Assembly (NCBI GenBank): GCA_016935525.1
Contig: JAFGQU010000021.1
Span: forward strand, 15,028 to 79,027
Source of the DNA: Candidatus Omnitrophota bacterium
GTDB lineage: Bacteria; Omnitrophota; Gorgyraeia; Duberdicusellales; 4484-171
Direction: 5' to 3'
DNA: 64,000 bases
Part shown: positions 16,436-24,916 of the stretch, in pieces
Numbering within the stretch: the first letter of the stretch is position 1
How the letters are laid out: each line of letters starts with the position of its first letter
The notes under the pieces: model-generated
Told to the model about the DNA's origin: nothing
What the model saw: the letters and a program-made list of their open reading frames with translations, nothing else
Database searches by the model: none
Made by a program: the position numbers and the translations under genes

Positions 16436-17943
16436 AGCTCTTTATCGATTTCCATAACTAGGATATCAATTTCTTTCTCTAAATAATGAATTTTCTGAAT
16501 TATGGTTTTTGGATCCTCGTATTCTATTTCTTCGTATTCAATCGGTTTATATCTCGAAATTGAGAGATCATAATCATTTTGTTTTATTTCTTCAAGACCA
16601 ACCCATAGCCATTTATCGCCTTTTTCTGGTTGTCTATTTTTATCACGGACTTTCCATTGTTGAACAATATCCGGGATATCATTCTCTTCAATTTTATTGC
16701 GCTTATCATCAAGGGAATACCCATCTGCCTGCATATCGTAAAACCAAACTTTATCGGTTTTATCGCCTTTAGTAAATACAAGAACTGCCGTTGAAACTCC
16801 AGCGTAAGGCTTGAATACTCCGGCAGGCATAGAAATAACTCCTTCAAGCGCACATTTTTCTAGAATCATTTTCCGAATATCTTTATGAGCATTACTTGAC
16901 CCAAAAAGTACACCGTCAGGCACAATTACACCACACCGACCGCCTGTAGTTAGCATATTTGTAAAAAGATTGATAAATAATAGTTCGGTTTTTGGACGTT
17001 TGCTCTTTCCTGCAATCGTCAAATCTTCACTTATATCGCTACGATCGACACTTCCCTTAAATGGTGGATTAGCAAGGATCACATCATAACAATTTCTTTC
17101 ACTGAAATTTTTTGATAATGTATCTGCATAGCAAATATTTGGGTTGGCGATTCCATGAAGCACCATATTCATTAGCCCTATTCGTACCATCGTAGTATCA
17201 AAATCATAGCCATGAAATGCTTTTTCCCATAGAAAGTTCCACTGTTTCTTATCTACAATTTTATCTCCCACCAAATTATGAGGCGCTCCATCTTCATCGT
17301 ACTCTATTTGGTCAGAGTCGGTATGCATTTTAAGAATATGATTAAAACTGGCAATCAAAAATCCTGCAGTTCCGCAAGCAGGATCACATATTCTTTCACC
17401 TAACCGAGGATCTAACAACTCAACAATCATCCTGATAATGTGCCTAGGAGTTCGAAACTGACCATTTTTACCTGATTGAGATATCTCACTTAAAAGATAC
17501 TCGTAAATATCTCCTTGGATATCTATTCCCTGAGCTGAAATATTGAGTTCATCTATAATTTTAACAGCTTCTTGTAAAAGAGATGCCTTAGGTATTAGAA
17601 ACACCGCGTCTTTCATAGATTCAGCATAAAAATTACCATCTCCACCTAATTGTTTAATGAATTGAAAAACAATATCTCGCACATGTTTAAGCATCCCTTC
17701 TGCATCAAAATACATCCAGTGCGACCATCGGCAATTCTCTTTTTTCGCAAAAATTGACTTATATTCAATATTGCGCCTTTTAGCGGCATTCTTCTGCATA
17801 TTGTCCATATCTTCAAGACGTCTCATAAAAATGAGATAGGAAATTTGCTCTACCGCGACTAATGGATTTGACAATCCTCCAGAATAGAACATGTCCCATA
17901 ATTTGTCGATTTTACTCTTAATTTGTGGATTCGAACTTAACAT
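16432..17943 (-). CDS. hsdM: Type I R-M DNA methyltransferase subunit (N6-adenine)
   Basis: 503 aa with the NPPF catalytic motif (ILANPPFKGS) and a SAM-binding motif. Confidence 0.9.
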   Translation of the reverse strand: MLSSNPQIKSKIDKLWDMFYSGGLSNPLVAVEQISYLIFMRRLEDMDNMQKNAAKRRNIEYKSIFAKKENCRWSHWMYFDAEGMLKHVRDIVFQFIKQLGGDGNFYAESMKDAVFLIPKASLLQEAVKIIDELNISAQGIDIQGDIYEYLLSEISQSGKNGQFRTPRHIIRMIVELLDPRLGERICDPACGTAGFLIASFNHILKMHTDSDQIEYDEDGAPHNLVGDKIVDKKQWNFLWEKAFHGYDFDTTMVRIGLMNMVLHGIANPNICYADTLSKNFSERNCYDVILANPPFKGSVDRSDISEDLTIAGKSKRPKTELLFINLFTNMLTTGGRCGVIVPDGVLFGSSNAHKDIRKMILEKCALEGVISMPAGVFKPYAGVSTAVLVFTKGDKTDKVWFYDMQADGYSLDDKRNKIEENDIPDIVQQWKVRDKNRQPEKGDKWLWVGLEEIKQNDYDLSISRYKPIEYEEIEYEDPKTIIQKIHYLEKEIDILVMEIDKEL

Positions 17944-17957
17944 TTCATCTCCTGTTA

Positions 17958-18073
17958 AATAGGGTAATATTAATTTTATTTTACCCTATTTATATAACAT
18001 ATTACCCTATTTCTGTCAATAGGGTAATTATTGTCAAATATTACCCTATTTATTCATATCATTACCCCATTTT
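17958..18073. promoter_or_regulatory. Array of six copies of the decamer TTACCCTATT (4 direct, 2 inverted) upstream of hsdM
   Basis: The copies are aaatagggtaat, ttaccctattta, attaccctatttc, aatagggtaatta, attaccctattta and attaccccatttt, all in the AT-rich fic-hsdM spacer. Confidence 0.6.
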
Positions 18074-18114
18074 GGTAAGTTCAAAAATTGAATTTACTCA
18101 AATCGTCGTAAATA

Positions 18115-19155
18115 TTACACTTTTTTCCACTTGGCATTACGCCCAATTCCTGTAGATTTTATCTTTCCAGCATCTCTTAAATCTCTCAATACTTTCCTTA
18201 TCATATCGCGGGTCACATTCGGACAAGCCTTTTCTAGTTCTGAAATCGAAAATGGCTTAATAAATCTATTGATTTGGGCGATTATCTGACCTGTCTTAGA
18301 CCTCGTACGCTTAAAAACTCCAACTCTCCCTTCAAATTCTTTATATGCAGCAAGTAACATAGCATGAAAATAATCAAGCCAGGGGAATATATTGTGCTCA
18401 CCTTGATGCCAACCGTTTGAAGAAGCAATAAGAGAATCATAATAACTATCTTTCGACTCTTCAATGATTCGTTCCAAACTTATGTATTTTCCTACACGAT
18501 AACCACATTTGTATAACAATAAAAGGGTTAACAACCGCGCGATCCTCCCGTTCCCATCTTTGAATGGATGAATGCATAGAAAATCAAATATAAACAATGG
18601 GACTAGAATAAGGTGATCATGAATTTCGTCCTCAATATATTTGTTATAAAGCGTGATGGTTTTTTTCATATAATTGGACGTATCTTTTGCGGGTACCGTC
18701 TGGAAACGAATGGTTGTGCTCCCATCAGGATTCTTATCTACAATAGCGTTATCCACTTTTTTCCAAAATCCGGACTTAATAGTTGTATATCGATATAACA
18801 TTGAATGGAATTGCAATATGACATTTTCATCGAGAGGAATATTTTGGTGTGATTGATGGATAAGGTTCAATACATCTTTGTAACCAGCAATTTCTTGTTC
18901 AGGACGGTTACGGGGTTTAGTTTTTTCTTTTACAATATTCTCAATCCTTTTATGCGGTGCCGTTACACCTTCTATCCTATTGGATGCTTCTGTACTTTCT
19001 ACAATCGCACTCTCCAGTAACTTTTCTAATACATCAGGTGACTGTCGAGTATAGAGCTCTTCTTTTCCTTTATATTCTCCTAGTACATGGATTGTCTTTA
19101 ACATTTTTGAATCAAATTTCAATTTTTTTAGATATTTTGACTCTAGCGATTCCAT
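18115..19155 (-). CDS. Fic-family protein (class II, N-terminal inhibitory helix) with C-terminal winged-helix domain
   Basis: 346 aa with the Fic motif HPFKDGNGRIARLL and an upstream [ST]xxxE[GN] inhibitory motif (SNRIEG). The C-terminus is basic and DNA-binding-like. Confidence 0.85.
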   Translation of the reverse strand: MESLESKYLKKLKFDSKMLKTIHVLGEYKGKEELYTRQSPDVLEKLLESAIVESTEASNRIEGVTAPHKRIENIVKEKTKPRNRPEQEIAGYKDVLNLIHQSHQNIPLDENVILQFHSMLYRYTTIKSGFWKKVDNAIVDKNPDGSTTIRFQTVPAKDTSNYMKKTITLYNKYIEDEIHDHLILVPLFIFDFLCIHPFKDGNGRIARLLTLLLLYKCGYRVGKYISLERIIEESKDSYYDSLIASSNGWHQGEHNIFPWLDYFHAMLLAAYKEFEGRVGVFKRTRSKTGQIIAQINRFIKPFSISELEKACPNVTRDMIRKVLRDLRDAGKIKSTGIGRNAKWKKV

Positions 19156-19165
19156 TTCGATCTCC

Positions 19166-21955
19166 TTATACTTTTATACTATTAAAAACTCCTATTATCT
19201 CCTGCAGTTCTTCTTCGGAAAATAACCTTGTAGCTGCATCTATCCCAAACTGGGTAAATGGAGGCTCAAAAAGATCGTCGTATTCAATATGTTTCTTCTT
19301 AGCAAAAACATTCTTTATTGTGCGTAAAAAGCGTATTTGCTCAGCCGTAAGCGCGTAGTGGTTGTTTCTTTCAATAACATAGGTATTAAAGGATTCATTA
19401 ATTATTTCTTCTGGTTCAGGGAATTTATATAAGCCAAGGATGCTCTTTATAAATTGTAAAAAACTACCATAGGGGCAAGCATACGTCTTTCTTAAATTAT
19501 CTTCATTTATATAGAGTTCGGGACTATTTAAGGTATCTTCTAAATCTACCAGGTCTTTGTCGGAAATTGGCTTATTCTGTTTTATTTTGACAAGAGCGGG
19601 ATGCGACTCTGCTAATTCTATGACTCTCTTTTCCACATTCTTTCGATAGCTATACACATAGTCGCCCTCTCCTTCGGGTCCAAATTCTATCCATTTCCTC
19701 TCAATCACTTCATCATCAAGGTCAAGTTTCACAATAGATGGTGGTTCTATCCTTTTATATTTCATTATTTCTGTAAGATTAGTCTTTATGTATTCAATCT
19801 TTTCATAATCAAGTTTATGCCAAAAATCAGAAGATAAAACTTTTATAATATGGCTTTCCTGTTCTTTTACTGCCTTTAGATTGCGCGGCAGACATTTAAT
19901 GTCATTTGTGATGGAAGTTCTGTACTTCTCTAAATCTTCTTTTTTATGGGTGATACAGGCTAAACCAAGATTTTCTACTTTAAGTAAGAATTGGTATTGA
20001 TAAATATTTATATCACTACAACAACGTAACAATGGTGCAATTTCTTGATCGAGAAATTGAATCGATTTAGTATCAACATCATCCCACACCTCTTTAGATA
20101 ATGCCTTATGGATATTACGTAGATTCTCACGAACAGTAATAGAGGGTTCGGGTAAAGATTGAATGTCATTTATGATTTCCTCTTTGACCTTATCAAAATA
20201 AGCTTGGTTAGACTGTCTAAATAGATTGAGCTTCTTTAATCGCACCCTAAATACTTTCACTGGCAAAGCTTCTTGTTGCGCTGGAACTTCGCCTTCTGGT
20301 TTTTCACCAAAATACTGGAAGTTGTTCCAGTGATCTATTATCAAAAATCGATCTTTTTCAATACACCATGATTTCCTTTTTAGCAAATCATCCTCTAATG
20401 TTCGAGTTCCTCGCCCAATCATCTGCCAAAACTTTATTTTGCTAAATACTGGTTTAGCAAACACAAGATTTACAACTTCTCGTATATCAACGCCAGTATC
20501 AAGCATATCTACTGAGATAGCAACACGTGGATAGTTCTCATTTTTGAATTTATCAAGCAGCTTCAGCGGTCTTTCCATCTTCGAATCTATAATATCGACC
20601 AGTTTACCCTGGTACTCTGGATACAATTCATTAAATACCATCCACAATCTTTTTGCATGTTCATGCGAAAGTGCAAATATAATGGATTTACCCGGTACTA
20701 CACCAGAATCATCTTTAAGACATACATCCATAAACTCACGTACTAATGACTCATTTGTACCTAGATTTGTAACCTTTTTTTCCAAATCAGTACCTTCAAA
20801 ATCGATCTCCTCAAGGGTTAACCCTTCTTCAACTAGTTTCTTTTGTATACTTAGCGGCAATTCGTTACCTTTAATTCCTGTAATCTGAAAGTTTGTCTTT
20901 GCAGCATATGGTGGTCGAAAATCAACAAGATACTTATCTTCAATAGCTTGATTGTATGCATAATTAAAAGTGGGGTGCCCATTTTCACAACTAAAAAATT
21001 TAAAAGTATCTCTATCAAGAAAATCGCTGGGAGTCGCAGTTAAACCAATTTGGATGGCATGAAAATAGCTTAGAACATCTTTCCATTTATTATAAATTGA
21101 TCTGTGACACTCATCTGAGATAACTACATCAAAAAATCCTGGAGATACAGAGGAAAAACACCCCATCATTGTCTGAATTGTCGCAACATTCAATCGCTTC
21201 GACTCCTGTAAATCGCCATAGCGTATCCAATGACGAGATTCATTAGGAAGATGCTCTTTAAAATTATCATAAGCCTGTTGCGCTAACGCTTCTCTATCGA
21301 CAAGGAAAAGCACTCTTTGTGCCCATCCTGCTCGGATTAAAACATCTATCAATGCCATAGCTGTTCGTGTTTTCCCTGTGCCAGTTGCCATAACAAGTAG
21401 AAATTTGCGTCTGCTCTTTTGTAAGCCATTAAAAATTCGCTTCAACCCTTCTATCTGGTAATCTCTATTGATAATTTCTGGTTTTATAGGTATTGAATGT
21501 AAATCTTTGCTATGCTCATTCTGATACAGGGTGCGTTCCAAATCTTCACGACTGAAAAATCCATGCACCATAGATGGCGCGTAACGCTGTCTATTCCAAT
21601 ACCATATTTCGTATCCATTCGTTAAAAAGATAAGCGGTTCCCTTCCATATTGTCTTTGTATACCGTCAGCATAGTCCTCGGCCTGCTGTTTTCCTACAAT
21701 TGGATCACGTGAAGTACGCTTTGCTTCTACAATAGCTAAAGGGTCACCAGCACGGTCTAAAAGAAGATAATCAGAAAAACCTGCTGTTTCATATTCCGCT
21801 TCACCATCGGAAATAGGTCGTCGAGTTCCTGCTCCTGCAATTTCAAATTCTGTTAACACGTGAGAATGGTCGTTTATCTGCCAACCAACTTTTTCCAAGC
21901 TTGAGTTTATTATTTTCTTTCTCGTCTGCATTTCTGTAGGATCAATATGATACAT
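19166..21955 (-). CDS. hsdR: Type I restriction enzyme R subunit (helicase/endonuclease)
   Basis: 929 aa with Walker A MATGTGKT and the DEAH box VISDECHRS (SF2 helicase). Confidence 0.9.
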   Translation of the reverse strand: MYHIDPTEMQTRKKIINSSLEKVGWQINDHSHVLTEFEIAGAGTRRPISDGEAEYETAGFSDYLLLDRAGDPLAIVEAKRTSRDPIVGKQQAEDYADGIQRQYGREPLIFLTNGYEIWYWNRQRYAPSMVHGFFSREDLERTLYQNEHSKDLHSIPIKPEIINRDYQIEGLKRIFNGLQKSRRKFLLVMATGTGKTRTAMALIDVLIRAGWAQRVLFLVDREALAQQAYDNFKEHLPNESRHWIRYGDLQESKRLNVATIQTMMGCFSSVSPGFFDVVISDECHRSIYNKWKDVLSYFHAIQIGLTATPSDFLDRDTFKFFSCENGHPTFNYAYNQAIEDKYLVDFRPPYAAKTNFQITGIKGNELPLSIQKKLVEEGLTLEEIDFEGTDLEKKVTNLGTNESLVREFMDVCLKDDSGVVPGKSIIFALSHEHAKRLWMVFNELYPEYQGKLVDIIDSKMERPLKLLDKFKNENYPRVAISVDMLDTGVDIREVVNLVFAKPVFSKIKFWQMIGRGTRTLEDDLLKRKSWCIEKDRFLIIDHWNNFQYFGEKPEGEVPAQQEALPVKVFRVRLKKLNLFRQSNQAYFDKVKEEIINDIQSLPEPSITVRENLRNIHKALSKEVWDDVDTKSIQFLDQEIAPLLRCCSDINIYQYQFLLKVENLGLACITHKKEDLEKYRTSITNDIKCLPRNLKAVKEQESHIIKVLSSDFWHKLDYEKIEYIKTNLTEIMKYKRIEPPSIVKLDLDDEVIERKWIEFGPEGEGDYVYSYRKNVEKRVIELAESHPALVKIKQNKPISDKDLVDLEDTLNSPELYINEDNLRKTYACPYGSFLQFIKSILGLYKFPEPEEIINESFNTYVIERNNHYALTAEQIRFLRTIKNVFAKKKHIEYDDLFEPPFTQFGIDAATRLFSEEELQEIIGVFNSIKV

Positions 21956-21980
21956 AAAAAATAAGCCTCCAATAATATTT

Positions 21981-22706
21981 CTACATCATCCCTGCGTCAG
22001 CAAAACTGAAATGTCGGTTATCTCCTATTATTAAATGATCCAATACTTTTATCCCCATTATCTTACCTGCCTTAATCAACTCTTGATTAAAACGATTATC
22101 GTCAATGCTAGGGTTGCAATCGCCCGAAGGATGGTTATGAACACAGATGATTGCGGCAGCAAAATGCTGCAAGGCTTTCTGGAAAACCTCTCGTATAATT
22201 GGGACGGCTTTGTTAACTGTCCCTTCGGTTATTTCGATGATATCGATGACTCTGTTCTTTGAGTTCAGAAGAATGATTTTGAATACTTCTTTTTTCAGAT
22301 CACGCATGCGCGGCATGAGGATATCAACGACATCTTTTGACGATTTGATCTGAGGCCGATCTTCTTTTACCTCTGTTTCCTTAAACCTCCTGCCTATTTC
22401 TATCGCTGCCTTTATTTGAGCAATCTTAGCTTTTCCTAATCCTTTAATTTCTTCCCATTGGGCTATGTCGGTATGGGCCAGATTACGAAACCCTTTGAAT
22501 TTCTGAAGCACTTTTCGGGAAAGATCGATCGCACTTTCCCCTTTTACCCCGTTACGGATCAAGATCGCCAGCAATTCCGTATCGCTCAGGGTATGCTCTC
22601 CGTTTTTGAACAGTTTTTCCCGGGGTCTATCATCTTCCGGCCAGTTATGTATTGCGGTAGGATACTCTCTATTGCGGCTTTTATACGTAGCTTTCTCTTC
22701 CGACAT
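21981..22706 (-). CDS. radC: RadC-family JAB/MPN domain protein
   Basis: 241 aa with an HhH N-terminus and the JAMM motif HNHPSG. Confidence 0.85.
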   Translation of the reverse strand: MSEEKATYKSRNREYPTAIHNWPEDDRPREKLFKNGEHTLSDTELLAILIRNGVKGESAIDLSRKVLQKFKGFRNLAHTDIAQWEEIKGLGKAKIAQIKAAIEIGRRFKETEVKEDRPQIKSSKDVVDILMPRMRDLKKEVFKIILLNSKNRVIDIIEITEGTVNKAVPIIREVFQKALQHFAAAIICVHNHPSGDCNPSIDDNRFNQELIKAGKIMGIKVLDHLIIGDNRHFSFADAGMM

Positions 22707-22733
22707 ATCTAACTATTCTGCTCCTTTTACCCC

Positions 22734-22758
22734 AAAAAATCAACCCCCAAAACTCCCC
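22734..22758. repeat. Direct repeat AAAATCAACCCC(C)AAAAC, left copy, flanking the RAYT element
   Basis: Matches 23756..23776 (ggaaaatcaaccccaaaaccc). Confidence 0.5.
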
Positions 22759-22797
22759 ACTGTCTCCTCTCCACAACCATCACTCCCCTACCCCTTC

Positions 22798-22816
22798 GGC
22801 AACACCGGATGTTGCC
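22798..22816. repeat. REP-like hairpin GGCAACACC-GG-ATGTTGCC
   Basis: Imperfect palindrome with one mismatch. Confidence 0.6.
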
Positions 22817-22862
22817 AGATGGTCATCTCAAATATCCCTTATTCCACTGTGCTCTTTCTTAA

Positions 22863-22899
22863 GTACCCTTTGGCAACACCGGGTGTTGCCAAAGGGTAC
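22863..22899. repeat. REP-like perfect 18-bp palindrome GTACCCTTTGGCAACACC/GGTGTTGCCAAAGGGTAC
   Basis: Perfect inverted repeat with a 1-nt loop, immediately after the RAYT stop codon. Confidence 0.8.
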
Positions 22900-23580
22900 T
22901 TATGCTATCGACTCATCCTCATCAAACAACAGATGTTTTATTTTGGCTAAATCACGTTGATAGAAAACTCTGTCTTGAACAAAGCTTAAGTACTGTGCCG
23001 GTCTTATTTCAAATAAATCGCCGTACTCGCACATTCTTTTTGCTTTTTTATCCAGTGAAACGTATTCTTTATACGATGAGGCTCTCCAGTCGGCAGGATC
23101 ATTTGTCAAATACGCTGTTACAGGATTGAGATGAACATACCGAGTTAAATGCAATAATTGATCATCGGTTTCCACCCGAACATTCTTAAAACGTGCTTCC
23201 CATAATGGTCCTTTCCGGTCATATTTGGTATTAAAATATCGAGCGTAACTATTCAACAATCTTCGCACAAAATCTGATATTCCATTATCGACTGTCTGTT
23301 TAAGAACTAAATGTATATGAGTCGGCATACTGCAATAAGCGATAATCTGGACAAGTTTTTGGTCAGATTGAGATACGACTGTATTCGTTTCTTTTATCTG
23401 TTCACTAGTCATTCGATCAAACTTGCTGAAGCTTATAGGTCTATCTCGATACTGATAATATTCTATCATTTTTGCCATGCGTATATAATCATAGTCGTTA
23501 TGGAATACTACGTATTTCGCAATCGTACGAGAAAACACATGATAGACCTGTCCCGTAATCAACTTCTGCGTCCGTACCAT
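22900..23580 (-). mobile_element. REP-associated tyrosine transposase (RAYT, IS200/IS605 Y1-transposase-like)
   Basis: 226 aa with the HUH motif MPTHIHLVL and a downstream catalytic Tyr region (NSYARYFN). The gene is flanked by GGCAAC...GTTGCC palindromes. Confidence 0.75.
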
Positions 23581-23593
23581 ACCATCCTCCTTA

Positions 23594-23622
23594 CCTTTGG
23601 CAACCTACGAGGTTGCCAAAGG
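23594..23622. repeat. REP-like hairpin CCTTTGGCAACC-tacga-GGTTGCCAAAGG
   Basis: Perfect 12-bp stem just upstream of the RAYT start. Confidence 0.8.
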
Positions 23623-23755
23623 GTTAAAAAAGAAAGACCTTCGCCCATCACCTGAGCAAAGGTCTCTATTAATTCTTTATACTCCTATAGCTATTATTGT
23701 CAATCCCTATCAGTGATCATCTGGTGTTTTTCAAATCTGCGATCATCTGTGTATA

Positions 23756-23776
23756 GGAAAATCAACCCCAAAACCC
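23756..23776. repeat. Direct repeat AAAATCAACCCCAAAAC, right copy
   Basis: Matches 22734..22758. Confidence 0.5.
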
Positions 23777-23801
23777 TGTCCTATCTCCACCTACGGTGGA
23801 G

Positions 23802-23873
23802 GTCACAGAGACACACGTCACACGTCACACGTGGAAGAACGGAACGCGGGATCCGGAACGCGATACGCGTAAT
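23802..23873. repeat. Heptamer-periodic repeats (GTCACAC x3, then AACGCGN units)
   Basis: Reads gtcacagagacacacgtcacacgtcacacgtg then gaacggaacgcgggatccggaacgcgatacgcgt. Confidence 0.6.
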
Positions 23874-23905
23874 AAAGGGGCGGGTAGAGAGAGATTTGAA
23901 TGGGT

Positions 23906-24799
23906 CTAACTCGGACGGCCTTCTTGCGACTCTTCGGTTTTTTTCCGTTTACTCATGGGCAATACGCCGGCTAAATCACCGATCACATTCACTAGGTCGG
24001 AATCGGAAGGGACTATGATCTTTGTATTCTCCTCTAAAGCCGTCTCCAGAGCCTGGAGCTTCCGCAGGAGCTGGGCATTCCCTATAAAATACTTTTCCGC
24101 CGCTTCGTTTACTAACTTTATCGCTTCGGCTTCTCCCTGGGCCTGGAGTATGCGCGCCTGTCTAATTCCTTCCGCCTGTTTGATGCTTGCCCGTTTTTCT
24201 CCGTCCGCCACAGTTTCCCTGGCGGTCGCAAAATCTACCGCGGCTATTTTTTCGTTTTCGGCTTTCACCACTTTATTCATTGTTTCCTGGACATCTTTCG
24301 GGGGATCGATCTCTTTCAATTCCGTTCGTACTATCTCAATACCCCAAGTACCCGTTTCGTCTTTAAGTGTTCTATGCAGTTCGGAATTGATCTTCCCTCT
24401 TTCGCTATTTGCCGATTTCAAAGTGAGGGTCCCGATTATATTTCTCAATGTCGTCCGGGCAAGGTTCACTATCTGGTACTGGTAATTATTCACATTATAC
24501 TGGGAATTTTTTACGCTTTCTTCATCGGATTTCACTTTAAAATACACCTGAGCATCAACTCGCGCGTTAAGATTATCATTTGTAATGATTTCCTGCGGTT
24601 CGGCATCAACCATTTGTTCGGTAACGTTTATAGTGACCATGCTCTCTATCATAGGGATGATCCAATTAAATCCCGGCGATGCAAACCGGTGATATTTTCC
24701 CAGACGTTCGATCAATCCTCTATGCGTCGGTCTTATTATGCGTATTCCTAAAAAAAACACGACAACCACTACAAGAATTACAGTATACACCGTTCCCAT
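23906..24799 (-). CDS. SPFH/band-7 (stomatin/prohibitin-like) membrane protein
   Basis: 297 aa with an N-terminal TM, an SPFH core and a coiled-coil Ala/Glu-rich C-terminal region. Confidence 0.85.
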   Translation of the reverse strand: MGTVYTVILVVVVVFFLGIRIIRPTHRGLIERLGKYHRFASPGFNWIIPMIESMVTINVTEQMVDAEPQEIITNDNLNARVDAQVYFKVKSDEESVKNSQYNVNNYQYQIVNLARTTLRNIIGTLTLKSANSERGKINSELHRTLKDETGTWGIEIVRTELKEIDPPKDVQETMNKVVKAENEKIAAVDFATARETVADGEKRASIKQAEGIRQARILQAQGEAEAIKLVNEAAEKYFIGNAQLLRKLQALETALEENTKIIVPSDSDLVNVIGDLAGVLPMSKRKKTEESQEGRPS

Positions 24800-24916
24800 A
24801 TGTACCTCCTGATTTGTGTAACTATTCTACCTCAACCAATAGCCGGCTGCAAAAGGTATTCGCAGGAAGATGGGGACAGCGAAACGCGGGGTCCGCTAAA
24901 CGCTCACCGCTGTTTC

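Noticed and set aside
24374-24751. 125-aa plus-strand ORF inside the SPFH gene and other antisense ORFs in the GH15, GT4 and GGDEF genes
   Set aside because: They are antisense to well-supported domain-containing frames and have no independent support.
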